A DNA stretch of 64,000 bases from an uncultured Planctomycetia bacterium (GTDB taxonomy: Bacteria; Omnitrophota; Gorgyraeia; Tantalellales; Tantalellaceae): assembly GCA_964527765.1 (NCBI GenBank), contig CAZGQR010000003.1, positions 75,366 through 139,365 on the forward strand, written 5' to 3'. Under the pieces are notes generated by a model. It did not search any database. It saw only the letters and a list, made by a program, of their open reading frames with translations, and was not told the DNA's origin. How positions within the stretch are numbered: the stretch's first letter is position 1; every line of letters begins with the position of its first letter. Below, in pieces: positions 49,808 to 59,278 of the stretch. A program made the translations under genes and the position numbers.

Positions 49808-50356
49808 ATTTCCTACAGACCAGGATTTCAGAGAAGGGGCAGAAAGGTAACTGATAGCACCCGGGTCAATCAGCGGATACGGGTTCCGCGGGTAAGGTTG
49901 GTGGACGATGAAGGCAATCAGCTGGGGGTCGTGGACACCCGGGCGGCGCTTGAAAAGGCCGTGGAGAAAGGCCTGGACCTTGTGGAGGTAGCGCCCGGCT
50001 CGGATCCGCCTGTATGCCGGATAATGGATTACAGTAAATACAAGTATGAACAGAGGAAAAGGCAGAAACTGGCCAAAAAGAAGCAGCATATGACCCATGT
50101 AAAGGAAGTAAGGTTTAACCCGAAGATAGAAGAGCATGATTACCAGGTCAAACTGAAACATATAAAGGAATTTTTAAGCGACAAAGATAAGGTAAGGGTC
50201 TCGCTGCGTTTCAGGGGACGGGAAATGGCGCATCGGGAATTGGGAATGGAACTTCTGGATAAAATAGCCAAAGATGTGGCCGCTCTGGGGGAGATGGAAG
50301 CGGCGCCTAAGACCATGGGGAAGATCGTGGTGATGACTTTGGTCCCGAAGAGCTGA
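49808..50356 (+). CDS. infC: translation initiation factor IF-3 with AUU (ATT) start codon
   Basis: AAGGAGG then 5 nt then ATT at 49808; product IRVPRVRLVDDEGNQLGV...CRIMDY matches IF3; 182 aa. Confidence 0.8.
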   Translation: MSYRPGFQRRGRKVTDSTRVNQRIRVPRVRLVDDEGNQLGVVDTRAALEKAVEKGLDLVEVAPGSDPPVCRIMDYSKYKYEQRKRQKLAKKKQHMTHVKEVRFNPKIEEHDYQVKLKHIKEFLSDKDKVRVSLRFRGREMAHRELGMELLDKIAKDVAALGEMEAAPKTMGKIVVMTLVPKS

Positions 50357-50396
50357 CAAAAAGTGATTGCAGATAGAAAGGGGATGAGGATACGCG

Positions 50397-50594
50397 ATGC
50401 CAAAGCTGAAGACGAAAAAAGGAGTAAAAAAACGGTTTAGACTGACCAAGACCGGCAAGATAAAGAGAAGCAAGGCCGGCAAGAGACATATTCTCACGAA
50501 AAAAAGCAGAAAACGCAAACGTAAACTGGCGCAGTCGACAACGGTCAGTAAGACTTTCGAGAGAAAAGTAAAAAGACTGCTGCCCTATGGGTGA
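50397..50594 (+). CDS. rpmI: 50S ribosomal protein L35
   Basis: [24 protein letters not shown]. Confidence 0.85.
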   Translation: MPKLKTKKGVKKRFRLTKTGKIKRSKAGKRHILTKKSRKRKRKLAQSTTVSKTFERKVKRLLPYG

Positions 50595-50603
50595 GGAGAG
50601 GAC

Positions 50604-50951
50604 ATGACCAGAGTAAAGCATGCAGCGAGTTCGCTGAAACGAAGAAAAAGGACCCTTAAGGCCGTTAAAGGACAGCGCGGAGCAAGGTCCAAGTTGTACA
50701 GGACCGCAAAGGACGCCGCCAGAAGAAGCATGGTCTTCAACTATGCCGACAGGAAGCGCAAGAAAAGCGATTATCGCTCTCTGTGGATCGCCCGCATCAC
50801 GGCGGCATGCAGGGAGGAGGATATTTCCTACAGCAAGTTCATCGCTGGTCTGAAGAAAGCGAAAATAGAGCTTAACCGGAAGGTCCTGGCTTATATCGCG
50901 GCAAATGACAGCCGCGGGTTTAAGACACTTGTGAAAAAAGTTAAAACGTGA
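50604..50951 (+). CDS. rplT: 50S ribosomal protein L20
   Basis: MTRVKHAASSLKRRKRTLK...FNYADRKRKK. Confidence 0.9.
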   Translation: MTRVKHAASSLKRRKRTLKAVKGQRGARSKLYRTAKDAARRSMVFNYADRKRKKSDYRSLWIARITAACREEDISYSKFIAGLKKAKIELNRKVLAYIAANDSRGFKTLVKKVKT

Positions 50952-52306
50952 TCAAATCCATGGGCAGGCTGACTCCTCCACAGCTGGTGATAGTGAGTTT
51001 TCTATGCGCCATAATTCTCGGCACTATCATCCTGTCCCTGCCTTCCGCCACGCGGGATGAGGGCAGGATGTCCGTTGTGGACAGTCTTTTTACCGCGACC
51101 AGCGCCACCTGTGTCACGGGATTGACGGTCAAGGACACCGGGAGCTATTTTTCCACGTTCGGGAGATGGGTCATCTTTGTTTTATTCCAGGCCGGGGGGC
51201 TCGGGATAATGACCTTTTCCACGCTCTTTGCCGTTATGCTGGGCAGGAAGATCGGTTTTCATGAAACGGACGTCATAAGGAACACCCTGGACAAGCATAA
51301 CATCCTGGGGCTTAATAAACTGATCGGGTATATCCTCGGCATCACGGTCGCGGTCGAGGCGGTCGGCGCCTCCTTTTTGTTCTTACGGTGGAGGGCCATA
51401 ACGGACTGGGGCATCATTGAGACGCTTGAGAAGTCCGTCTTTCACGCGGTTTCAGCTTTTTGTAACGCGGGATTCTCGCTGTTCCGCAGCAGTTTCGTGC
51501 GGTTTGAATCCGATCCGTGCATAAATCTGACAATGATATTTCTCATATTTTTCGGGGGCATAGGGTTCATAGTCATCATGGATATCCTCGGGCTGTTTTA
51601 CCGGCGGGGAACGGCCAGGAGATTGAGCCTTCAGGCGAAGATCGCGCTTGCCGTATCGCTCATCCTGATAATAACCGGCGCCGTTTTGATACTTGTTTTC
51701 GAAAAAGATAATGTCATGCGGGCGATGTCCTGGCCCCAGCGCCTGTGGGGGTCGGTCTTTCAGGCGGTGACAGCCAGGACGGCGGGGTTCAATACGCTGC
51801 CGACAGGCAGCCTGGCCGTGCCTTCGCTGCTGTTTATCACATTCTTGATGTTTATAGGCGCATCCCCGGGGTCCACGGGGGGCGGCATTAAGACATGCAC
51901 GTTCGCGGTGATCATCGTGACCGTTATCGGCATGATGAAGAACAGGCGGCGGGCCATGCTTTTCGGCCGTTCGATCCCCCGCGCTGTCATCAGGGAATCC
52001 CTGGTTATTTTTTTCCTGGGCCTGACGTGGATATTTGCCTTTACGGTACTTCTTGCATATCTGGAAGGGCGCTATTCTCCGGGGAACACGTCGCTTGTGG
52101 GATATTTATTTGAAGTGGTATCTGCCTTTGGGACAGTAGGGCTATCGACCGGGATAACGGAAGGTTTAAGCAATGCCGGCAAGCTATGCATAGCTGCGAC
52201 GATGTTCGCCGGCAGGGTGGGGCCGCTGACGCTTGCCCTGGCCGTGGCGTACAGGGAGAGAAAAGACACTTACGTTTTTCCCGAAGAGACCGTCATGGTC
52301 GGGTGA
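50948..52306 (+). CDS. trkH: TrkH/KtrB-family potassium uptake membrane subunit
   Basis: 452 aa; repeated M-P-M pore motifs with selectivity-filter-like GLTV / GGGIKT; 4-bp overlap with rplT. Confidence 0.8.
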   Translation: MIKSMGRLTPPQLVIVSFLCAIILGTIILSLPSATRDEGRMSVVDSLFTATSATCVTGLTVKDTGSYFSTFGRWVIFVLFQAGGLGIMTFSTLFAVMLGRKIGFHETDVIRNTLDKHNILGLNKLIGYILGITVAVEAVGASFLFLRWRAITDWGIIETLEKSVFHAVSAFCNAGFSLFRSSFVRFESDPCINLTMIFLIFFGGIGFIVIMDILGLFYRRGTARRLSLQAKIALAVSLILIITGAVLILVFEKDNVMRAMSWPQRLWGSVFQAVTARTAGFNTLPTGSLAVPSLLFITFLMFIGASPGSTGGGIKTCTFAVIIVTVIGMMKNRRRAMLFGRSIPRAVIRESLVIFFLGLTWIFAFTVLLAYLEGRYSPGNTSLVGYLFEVVSAFGTVGLSTGITEGLSNAGKLCIAATMFAGRVGPLTLALAVAYRERKDTYVFPEETVMVG

Positions 52307-52376
52307 TCACCCATACGACAGCTCAGGGCCGATCCTGAGCAAGTAAGCGGGCGCGCAGAAGGACGGGAGGATACAG

Positions 52377-53108
52377 ATGAAACAGTTTGCGGTTATAGGC
52401 TTAGGACGGTTCGGATCGAGTGTGGCGGCCTCTCTTGCGGCGAGAGGGCAGCAGGTCATCGCCATAGACAAGAACGAAGAATTTGTGCACGATATCATGG
52501 ATAGCGTCACCAAGGCGGTATGTCTGGATGCTACCGATGAAAAGGCCGTGAAGTCGGTAGGTCTCCAGAATGTCGATGTAGCCATATGCGGCATCGGTAC
52601 GGACGTGGAAGCCAGCATCCTGATCGCTCTTCTTTTGAAGGATCTCGGCGTCCCGGAAATAGTATGCAAGGCGGTCAGTACGGCCCATAAGAAGGTGCTC
52701 GAGAAGATCGGGGCGACGAAAGTGATCCTTCCGGAAAAAGACATGGGAGAGAGGATCGCCGAGACCCTTGTTTCGGTATCGGATACGGTGCTGGATCATA
52801 TCGGCCTGTCGGGGGACTCGAGTATCATCGAGATCATCGCGCCTGAGGACTTTGTCGGGAAAAACCTGAGAGACCTGGACATAAGGACGCGATACCAAGT
52901 GAACGTGATCGCCGTAAAGAAAAAGACCAAAGTCGTGAAGAACGGAGAAACGATCGAGGAAGAAGAGGTCAATGTCACGCCGCAGGCGAACGATGTCGTG
53001 GCCAAGGATGATATACTCGTGGTTTTCGGCGCAAATGACAAGATAAAAGCCCTCAGGGATAAGGGCTGGTCCGTTGAAGGACAGTCCGGGAACAGGACAA
53101 AGGGATGA
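52377..53108 (+). CDS. trkA: TrkA/KtrA potassium uptake NAD-binding subunit
   Basis: GLGRFG Rossmann motif (TrkA-N) plus TrkA-C domain. Confidence 0.8.
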   Translation: MKQFAVIGLGRFGSSVAASLAARGQQVIAIDKNEEFVHDIMDSVTKAVCLDATDEKAVKSVGLQNVDVAICGIGTDVEASILIALLLKDLGVPEIVCKAVSTAHKKVLEKIGATKVILPEKDMGERIAETLVSVSDTVLDHIGLSGDSSIIEIIAPEDFVGKNLRDLDIRTRYQVNVIAVKKKTKVVKNGETIEEEEVNVTPQANDVVAKDDILVVFGANDKIKALRDKGWSVEGQSGNRTKG

Positions 53109-54124
53109 GCGTTACAAGCAAACTTGATGAAATAAAAAGAGATTTCGAAAAAGCGCTCGACAAGTGCAAGAACGCCCGGGAAGCGGAAGATGTGAGAGTA
53201 AAATACCTGGGACGAAAAGGCGAATTGACCGCGGTCCTGCGCTCTCTTTCGGGCCTGTCCGCCGACGAAAAGCGCAAAGCCGGGGAAAAGGCGAACGCGC
53301 TCAAGAATGAGTTCACCGCGGGGCTGCAGGCGCTAAAAGGGAAGCTGGAGGCAAAGAGCGCGGAAAAGAAAGACCAACTGGACGTTACCATGCCGGGAAT
53401 ACCGGCCAGGCTTGGGACGGTCCACCCCGTGACACGGACCATGAGGCGCATAAACGAGATATTTGTCTCGCTCGGGTTCAGCATCGCGGAAGGCCCGGAG
53501 ATAGAATCGGAATTCTATAATTTCGAAGCGCTCAATATCCCGCTGGAACATCCTTCCCGCGACGCGTTCGATACGTTCTATATCGACCGAAAAAACCTGC
53601 TCAGAAGCCATACGTCGAACGTGCAGATCCATGTGATGCAAAAACAGCTTCCCCCCATCCAGGTCATAATGCCCGGGAGAGTGTACAGGCCGGATGCGGT
53701 GGACGCGTCGCACTCTTTTATGTTCCATCAGGTCGAAGGGCTCATGGTGGATGAGGATATCAAGTTTTCCGACCTCAAGGGAGCGCTTTCCGTTTTTGCC
53801 AAAAGCATGTTCGGCGAGGACATCAAGATGAGATTCCGACCGCACTTTTTTCCTTTTACCGAGCCCAGCGCCGAAGTGGATATTTCCTGTATAATATGCG
53901 GCGGCCGGGGGTGCAGGGTATGTTCCGGCAACGGCTGGCTGGAAATACTGGGAGCCGGCATGGTGAATCCCAAGGTCTTCGAAGCCGTCGGGTATGACCC
54001 CGGGAAATATACCGGATATGCTTTCGGCATGGGCGTTGAAAGGATAGCTATGCTGCTCTACGGCATAGAGGATATACGCATTTTTTACGAGAATGATATA
54101 AGGTTCCTGAAACAGTTCGTGTAA
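53105..54124 (+). CDS. pheS: phenylalanine--tRNA ligase alpha subunit
   Basis: Class II core FRPHFFPFTEPSAEVD, GAGMVNP. Confidence 0.9.
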   Translation: MSVTSKLDEIKRDFEKALDKCKNAREAEDVRVKYLGRKGELTAVLRSLSGLSADEKRKAGEKANALKNEFTAGLQALKGKLEAKSAEKKDQLDVTMPGIPARLGTVHPVTRTMRRINEIFVSLGFSIAEGPEIESEFYNFEALNIPLEHPSRDAFDTFYIDRKNLLRSHTSNVQIHVMQKQLPPIQVIMPGRVYRPDAVDASHSFMFHQVEGLMVDEDIKFSDLKGALSVFAKSMFGEDIKMRFRPHFFPFTEPSAEVDISCIICGGRGCRVCSGNGWLEILGAGMVNPKVFEAVGYDPGKYTGYAFGMGVERIAMLLYGIEDIRIFYENDIRFLKQFV

Positions 54125-54129
54125 AAGCC

Positions 54130-56175
54130 ATGAAATTAAGCTATAGCTGGTTAAAAGAATACGTGGATATCAATGTTGCTCCCGGGAAACTCGCCGGGGG
54201 GCTGACCATGTCCGGTTCGGAAGTGGAAGCCGTGCATGACGCCGACGGCGACAAGGTCATGGACCTGGAGATAACCGCCAACAGGCCGGATTGTCTGAAT
54301 ATCATAGGCCTTGCCAGAGAGGTCTCCGCGGTGTTCGATAAAGATCTCTCCCTCCCCGCGATGGGGATCCCGGAAAAAGCGCCTCGCGGGAAAGGGCCCG
54401 GGATAGAATGCGCGATAAAGAGCAGGAAGCTATGCCCGCGCTACACGGCCAGGGTCATATCGGATGTTAATGTGAAAGAAACAAGCGGAGGAATAAGGAA
54501 AAAGCTGCTCGCCGAGGGCCTGCGCGCGGTCAACAATGTCGTGGATGTGACGAATTTTTGTCTGATGGAAACGGGACAGCCGTTGCACGCTTTCGATCTG
54601 GATAAGCTGCGCGGAGGAAAAGTGATCATCCGCGAAGCTGCCAAAGGAGAAAAGATAACCACCATTGACGGGGAACAGAGGGAACTTGGACCCGGCATGC
54701 TGGTCATTGCGGATTCGGACCGGCCGGTGGCCATTGCCGGTATCATGGGAGGCAAGGATACGGAAGTCACCGAGAGCACCAGGAACGTGCTCCTGGAAAG
54801 CGCTTATTTTGATCCCATCTCCGTAAGGCGGACGTCCCGGGTCCTGGGGATCTCAAGCGATTCCAGTTACCGCTTCGAACGCGGCGTGGACAAGGGCATG
54901 ATACAGGCGGCGTCCGACCGTGCCGCCGGCCTGATCTCCGCGGAGACCGGCGGAAAGATATGCGAGTTCCATGATGCCGGCACGCTTGTTCCCGATAATG
55001 TGACAATAGAGTTCAACGTGGGGGAAGCAGAGAAAATATTGGGCATCCCCCTGGAAAAGAAAAAGGTGGAACGTATATTCCGGAGACTGGGAATGGCGGT
55101 CTCCTCCGGCAAGGCCGGTAAATTGAAAGTAGGCATCCCGACCTTTCGGGAAGACTTGAGGGAAAGGATAGATCTGGTCGAAGAGGTTGCCAGGATATAC
55201 GGGTATGACAACATCCCCGCGACGATAACAAAATTTATCCCGCAGGTCAAAAGAAAAGAACGCTCCCGCAAGATTCTGGAAGAGCTGTATGAGATACTTC
55301 CCGCGCTGGGCTTGAGCGAGATCATGACATACAGCTTGGTAAGCGAGGAGGCGGCCGGAAAGTTCCCGGTCGTCACCGAGGATACGGTCAAACTCATCAA
55401 TCCTTTATCGGAAGATCACAAGGTGCTGACCCCGCAGCTATTGGACGGGATGTTGCGGGCCATTTCGTGGAACCTGAACAGGAAAAACGCGGATCTCGCT
55501 TTTTTTGAGATAGGGAAGATCTATTGTCGTCCGGGAGGAAAGGACAAATTTCAGGAGACCCCGGCGGTGTGTGTCGGGCTGACCGGGCTTCTGCGGAAAA
55601 ACTGGCGGGAAGGCGAACGCCCCGTGGATCTTTATGACCTCAAAGGGATCCTGGAAACGGTGTTTTCCAGGCTGAGGATCCCGGCGGCATTTCATGGGAC
55701 CAGGATCAGGGGACTGGAGAATTGCGGCGAGGCAAGGCTTCCGGACGGTGACGTGAATATCGGGTTCTTCGGCGAGGTGGGCGCAAAACTTCTGGATGAG
55801 TACGATATTTCGCAGCGCGTTTATGTCTGCCAGATCAAACTAGACGAGATCATAGAAAAAGCGGTCCTGGAAGACCATTATCATGCCGTTCCGCGCTTTC
55901 CTTCATCTTCGAGGGATATTTCCGTTCTTTGCGACCGGCCCCTTACCGCCGGAGAGATCAGCGCCGTCATAGCGGAGACCGGAGAGGAAATAATCCGCGG
56001 GATCGAGCTCACGGATGTTTATGAGGGCAAACAGATCCCGGCGGATAAGAAGAGCCTTTCTTACAGCATCAGATACGGACTGGACACGCGCACCCTGACG
56101 GACGAGGAAGTTGAAGCCGTGCATTCAAAGATCAAAGAGGCTCTTGAAAAGAAATTCGGCGTTACCTTCCGGTAA
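54130..56175 (+). CDS. pheT: phenylalanine--tRNA ligase beta subunit, short form without the N-terminal OB-fold tRNA-binding domain
   Basis: MKLSYSWLKEYVD B1 start goes almost directly into TANRPDCL; B3/4, B5 and FDX-ACB regions present; 681 aa. Confidence 0.85.
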   Translation: MKLSYSWLKEYVDINVAPGKLAGGLTMSGSEVEAVHDADGDKVMDLEITANRPDCLNIIGLAREVSAVFDKDLSLPAMGIPEKAPRGKGPGIECAIKSRKLCPRYTARVISDVNVKETSGGIRKKLLAEGLRAVNNVVDVTNFCLMETGQPLHAFDLDKLRGGKVIIREAAKGEKITTIDGEQRELGPGMLVIADSDRPVAIAGIMGGKDTEVTESTRNVLLESAYFDPISVRRTSRVLGISSDSSYRFERGVDKGMIQAASDRAAGLISAETGGKICEFHDAGTLVPDNVTIEFNVGEAEKILGIPLEKKKVERIFRRLGMAVSSGKAGKLKVGIPTFREDLRERIDLVEEVARIYGYDNIPATITKFIPQVKRKERSRKILEELYEILPALGLSEIMTYSLVSEEAAGKFPVVTEDTVKLINPLSEDHKVLTPQLLDGMLRAISWNLNRKNADLAFFEIGKIYCRPGGKDKFQETPAVCVGLTGLLRKNWREGERPVDLYDLKGILETVFSRLRIPAAFHGTRIRGLENCGEARLPDGDVNIGFFGEVGAKLLDEYDISQRVYVCQIKLDEIIEKAVLEDHYHAVPRFPSSSRDISVLCDRPLTAGEISAVIAETGEEIIRGIELTDVYEGKQIPADKKSLSYSIRYGLDTRTLTDEEVEAVHSKIKEALEKKFGVTFR

Positions 56176-56407
56176 AATTGTTCTTGATCCGGTTTTTATT
56201 GCAATGAATTCCATTGCGCCCGCCCCGCGGGTGGTGATATAATAAATCCGTTACGATCTGTTTGACTCGTGAAGCGGGTTTATCGAATTGGGCCAACACT
56301 ATAGAACTGGGAGCCTAGCTCTGGCATTCTCTCGGGATTGTCAGGAGGGCACCCACCTGGACTACCAGGACACCAATTCTTTTCCTGCGCACGGTCTGAC
56401 GGATTTG

Positions 56408-56440
56408 GGGCCGGATTCATATCCGGCCCTAATTTTTCTC
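56408..56440 (+). terminator. strong rho-independent terminator 20 nt upstream of rarA
   Basis: Perfect 9-bp stem GGGCCGGAT-tcat-ATCCGGCCC followed by TAATTTTTCT. Confidence 0.5.
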
Positions 56441-56461
56441 AAGCGGTTCAGAGAGGATAAT

Positions 56462-57790
56462 ATGGACCTGTTCGCAAAAAAGACGCATGAAGAAAAGACA
56501 GCTTCTCTCTCGGTCCGGATGTGCCCCGTGAAGCTTGCGGATTTTCTGGGGCAGGAACATATAGTCGGCGAGGGAAAGCTTCTGCGCAGGGCGATCGAGG
56601 CGGATCGGATAAGTTCCGTGATATTTTACGGCCCTCCCGGAGCGGGGAAGACCGCGCTTGCCATGGTGATATCCAAAAGAACGGGAGCGCGGTTCGTAAG
56701 AAGGAACGCCGTTTCCAGCAACGTGGCGGAGATCCGGAAGATAGTCGAGACCGCGAAAAAACAGAAAGAGCTCGACGGGCAAAGGACCATACTGCTTCTG
56801 GATGAGATACACCGGTTCAATAAAGCCCAGCAGGATGTCCTTTTGCCGGAAGTGGAAACGGGGCATATCATCCTCATAGGCACAACTACCGAGAACCCGT
56901 TTTTCACGGTCATATCCGCGCTCCTGTCACGGAGCCAGATCTTCGAATTCAAGCCTCTCAGCGAAGAGACGGTCCTCACGCTTCTGCGAAAGTCGCTGGA
57001 GGACAGGCACGGGGGCCTTGGAAACGAAAATGTCCGGGCGGATGAGAAAGCCCTGGAACACCTGGCAAGGATCTCTGACGGAGACGCGCGCAAAGCATTG
57101 AATGCCCTGGAAATAGCCGTTCTTACTACCGAACCCGGAAAAGACGGCATTATTCATGTCACGCTGAAAGAAGCGGAAGAGTCCATACAGAAAAAAGCCG
57201 TAGTGTATGATGCCGCCGGCGACGCGCACTATGACACGATAAGCGCTTACATAAAAAGCATGAGGGGTTCGGATCCCGACGCCGCGCTTTACTGGTTGGC
57301 CAAAATGATCATTGCGGGGGAGGATATCAGGTTTATCGCCAGACGCCTTGTGATATGCGCATCTGAAGATGTGGGCAACGCGGATCCCCAGGCGCTGGTA
57401 GTGGCGAATGCCGCGATGCAGGCCGCTGATTTTGTCGGTTTTCCGGAAGCAAAGATACCGCTGGCGCAGGCGACTATCTATGTTGCGTGCGCCCCGAAAA
57501 GCAACGCGTCTTACACGGCGATAGAAAAAGCCACGAGAGACCTGGAACTTGAGAGGACCCAGGAAGTGCCGGATCACCTGAAAGACGCCAGTTATCCGGG
57601 CGCCGAAAAACTCCGGCACGGCCGGGGATATAAATACGCTCATTCCTACAAGGGGCATTATGTGGAGCAGGAGCACATGCGCAAAAAGAGGAGTTACTAT
57701 ATTCCCACGGACCAGGGTTTTGAGAAAAAGATCAGGGAACGGATGGAGCGCTTGAAAAGATCCGAAGGGAAGACCGGGAACGATGAATAG
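56462..57790 (+). CDS. rarA: replication-associated recombination protein A (AAA+ ATPase)
   Basis: Walker A GPPGAGKTALA; start MDLFAKK at 56462; the listed ORF start 56288 would read through a terminator hairpin. Confidence 0.85.
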   Translation: MDLFAKKTHEEKTASLSVRMCPVKLADFLGQEHIVGEGKLLRRAIEADRISSVIFYGPPGAGKTALAMVISKRTGARFVRRNAVSSNVAEIRKIVETAKKQKELDGQRTILLLDEIHRFNKAQQDVLLPEVETGHIILIGTTTENPFFTVISALLSRSQIFEFKPLSEETVLTLLRKSLEDRHGGLGNENVRADEKALEHLARISDGDARKALNALEIAVLTTEPGKDGIIHVTLKEAEESIQKKAVVYDAAGDAHYDTISAYIKSMRGSDPDAALYWLAKMIIAGEDIRFIARRLVICASEDVGNADPQALVVANAAMQAADFVGFPEAKIPLAQATIYVACAPKSNASYTAIEKATRDLELERTQEVPDHLKDASYPGAEKLRHGRGYKYAHSYKGHYVEQEHMRKKRSYYIPTDQGFEKKIRERMERLKRSEGKTGNDE

Positions 57791-58778
57791 AAAAGCGATC
57801 GCGCTGATATCCGGGGGGCTTGACAGCCTGCTTGCGGCGAAAGTCATCATGGAACAGGGGATAGAGGTCCTTGGCGTGGCGTTCGTCATGCAGTTCGCTT
57901 CCCGGGACGTGCGCGCTTTCAGGGAACACGTGAATGAAGCTGCCGCCGATGCCGGGATCCCGACCAGGTTCGTCGATATTTCGGAAGAATTTCTGAAGAT
58001 CGTAAAAGACCCGCGGCACGGCTACGGGTCCAATCTCAATCCCTGCATCGATTGCAAGATCCTGATGCTGCGGTTCGCAAAAGATATCATGCGGGAAGAA
58101 AAGGCCGGTTTTGTCATTACCGGGGAAGTGCTGGGAGAGCGCCCCATGTCGCAGAGAAAGGACGCCCTGAACATGATCAGGAAAAGATCATCGCTTGAAG
58201 GGTACCTGCTCCGGCCGCTTTCGGCCAGACTTCTCGAAGAAACCGCTCCCGAAAAGGAAGGCGTTATCGACAGGGAAAAATTGCTTGATATAAGGGGGCG
58301 TTCGCGCGAGGCGCAGCTGGAGCTGGCGAAAAAGTATGATCTGCGCAAATTTTTTACCCCTGCCGGCGGATGCCTTCTGACGGATCCGATATTCGCCCGG
58401 AGATTGAAAGATCTCATTTCAAGGGATGACCTGAACACTGATAACGTGTCATTGCTCAAATGCGGCAGGCATTTCCGGCTGGATGACGAGACCAAGGCCG
58501 TTGTGGGGCGCGACGAAAAGGATAACAGGCGCGTGCGGGACCTTAAAAAAGGCAGCGATGTGATGATGCGGTTGAAAGGGCGCCCCGGTCCGTATGTCCT
58601 GCTCCGGGGGAACACAAGTTCCGAGAACGTGGAAAGGGCCGCATCTCTGGCGATAAGCCATTCCAAGGGCAAGAACGAGGAAAGCGCGGCTGTCGAGTTC
58701 TGGATGGCCGAGGAGAGCAGGAAAACCATAATGGTAGGGCCCATGGACGCGGGGGAAGTTGAACGATTAAGGGTATAA
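57783..58778 (+). CDS. PP-loop ATP pyrophosphatase, ThiI-like tRNA thiolation enzyme without THUMP domain
   Basis: SGGLDS PP-loop, ITGEVLGERPMSQ (ThiI-like GExxGQxxSQ), CIDC motif. Confidence 0.5.
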   Translation: MNRKAIALISGGLDSLLAAKVIMEQGIEVLGVAFVMQFASRDVRAFREHVNEAAADAGIPTRFVDISEEFLKIVKDPRHGYGSNLNPCIDCKILMLRFAKDIMREEKAGFVITGEVLGERPMSQRKDALNMIRKRSSLEGYLLRPLSARLLEETAPEKEGVIDREKLLDIRGRSREAQLELAKKYDLRKFFTPAGGCLLTDPIFARRLKDLISRDDLNTDNVSLLKCGRHFRLDDETKAVVGRDEKDNRRVRDLKKGSDVMMRLKGRPGPYVLLRGNTSSENVERAASLAISHSKGKNEESAAVEFWMAEESRKTIMVGPMDAGEVERLRV

Positions 58779-58815
58779 GATCAAAAGACGAGCAGGCTGA
58801 CTTACAGGATGAAAG

Positions 58816-59226
58816 ATGAAAGAGGAAGGAATAGTAATAACGGTTGAGAACGATGCGGCTGTGGTGGAAATACCGCCGCGAAAAGAATGTACCGGATGCT
58901 GTTCATGCAGGGCTTCCGGTCCGCGCCGTATAACGATCAGCGGAGAGAAAACAGAGCCCCTTAAGCCGGGGGACCATGTGGAGATAGACATAGACACGTC
59001 ATCGATGATGCAGGTGTACCTTCTTCTGTACGGCTTTCCCCTTGCGGCTTTTCTCGGGGGGCTGCTTATCCTGCACACGGTTTTGCGTTCCCCGATCGTA
59101 AGTTTTTTAGGGGCTATTGCGGCTACCATTGTTACTTACGCGCTGGTCGGCCGCTACATAAGAAGGAATCTCCGGTTTTCGCCCGAGGTTTGCGTGAAAA
59201 GAGGCACAGACCTCGACAAGCGGTAG
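58816..59226 (+). CDS. rseC: RseC/MucC-family Fe-S membrane protein
   Basis: N-terminal cysteine cluster CTGCCSC followed by two TM helices; 136 aa. Confidence 0.5.
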   Translation: MKEEGIVITVENDAAVVEIPPRKECTGCCSCRASGPRRITISGEKTEPLKPGDHVEIDIDTSSMMQVYLLLYGFPLAAFLGGLLILHTVLRSPIVSFLGAIAATIVTYALVGRYIRRNLRFSPEVCVKRGTDLDKR

Positions 59227-59278
59227 CATCTGTGTTAAAATCTACCGGCTATATGGAAATAATTCGCACGGTTTTGTT

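Noticed and set aside
56288-56461. N-terminal 58-codon extension of the rarA ORF
   Set aside because: The extension would be translated through a perfect 9-bp GC hairpin plus U-tract terminator and has no RBS. Conserved RarA/MgsA begins at MDLFAKK (56462).
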